20,000 nt of DNA from Psammoneis japonica (Eukaryota): NCBI GenBank assembly GCA_008632985.1, contig QPGO01000263.1:61916-81915 (forward strand). The letters are read 5' to 3'. Position numbers and translations under genes: made by a program. Below are positions 19,114 through 20,000 of this stretch, one piece after another (position 1 is the stretch's first letter; each line of letters starts with the position of its first letter). Under the pieces are notes generated by a model. It made no database searches, was not told the DNA's origin, and saw only the letters and a program-made list of their open reading frames with translations.

Positions 19114-19729
19114 CCGCCGACTGACTCAACATGGCTCGCAGATCTGATCACGTCTCATGGATCGAGCTACAGATTATGAAACGGTGAAACAATGAAATCT
19201 TCGATAGTCAATAGCCGATGAAATTGACTGTAGAATTGCTTCTATCTTATCCTGGCTACTCAGGTTCCTACGTTACTGTTTCAAGTTTTTCGGCGCCATT
19301 GCAACTAATGCTTGCATACGGTACAGCTCGACATCTGCCCAGGAGTCAGAGGGCATAGGCATTGATACAAAATCGAACACGATAACCCTGCCTTTCAGAA
19401 CCAACCAACGCAGAGCTCTCCGGTGTCGTAGATACTGATGTAACCAAAACGCTCGTCGATTCCAGCCCAATCGTCACAGAAAACTTATACACGGGCTCCA
19501 TGCAGCCGAGCTATGCATCAAACGACAAACATCGGACAAGGAAATTGAACACATCCGATCCGACCGGTAGTGGAGAGGCCAACAATATTGCCTTGTTCAC
19601 TAGCATAGAGTCCCCAGACAAGTTATGCCGAGAAAATGACTTAATTCATCTTGAATCAACTGCGGTGGAGATATAATACCGGAGGTCTGTTTTTTTTTTT
19701 GCCAAGGCACTTCATAGAAGGCCATCTCT

Positions 19730-19835
19730 GCTCTAGCTATATAGTAGAGACTCCCTAGCTAGGGGCCCTACTCTGAAGTCTAAAGAGATCTCTTGAGAGT
19801 ACCTCTAGCTAGAGGGCCTCTACTCTAACTACAGT
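19730..19835. repeat. CTAG/CTA-rich palindrome cluster
   Basis: Perfect palindromes ccctagctaggg (19753-19764), aagagatctctt (19783-19794) and cctctagctagagg (19802-19815). Confidence 0.75.
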
Positions 19836-20000
19836 ATGCGCTCAGAAGTGTGGTAAACTCACCTGGCAGGGCAAGCTACTTGTGAGCGAGAAGAGCGCGA
19901 GCGATCGATGTCGCGGAGCGGAAAAACTTGTACCGTACGGAGCGTACAAATTCTACGTATAAAAAATGTATCATACGAATCCAAATATTTATATTTGTTT

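Noticed and set aside
19273..19470. 65-aa minus-strand ORF
   Set aside because: Short, non-ATG start, no recognisable motif.

Overview
Eukaryotic genomic DNA, most likely a diatom or other stramenopile (inferred from 85-nt GT-AG introns, a signal-peptide-led algal-type fusion protein and the transposon families present). Left end: an intact RusA-family Holliday-junction resolvase ORF converges on a Crypton-like tyrosine recombinase gene that is damaged at its 5' end. About 4.0-9.3 kb is a graveyard of decayed sequences: a Hikeshi/OPI10 gene fragment, a Mutator-like transposase whose catalytic triad is split over two convergent halves, and a CRE-type retroelement 3' fragment. This block is almost free of TpA and poor in CpG. 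Then come host genes (an At1g16080-like/FAD-oxidoreductase fusion and a 3-exon CTL/SLC44 transporter), a 5'-truncated CRE-clade non-LTR retrotransposon whose core has lost TpA but kept CpG, and a RING-H2 gene. Strongest novel signals: (1) repeat-associated TpA->TpG/CpA hypermutation, opposite in direction to fungal RIP; (2) a tyrosine recombinase plus RusA module; (3) an apparently split MULE transposase. All counts and alignments were made by eye and are approximate.
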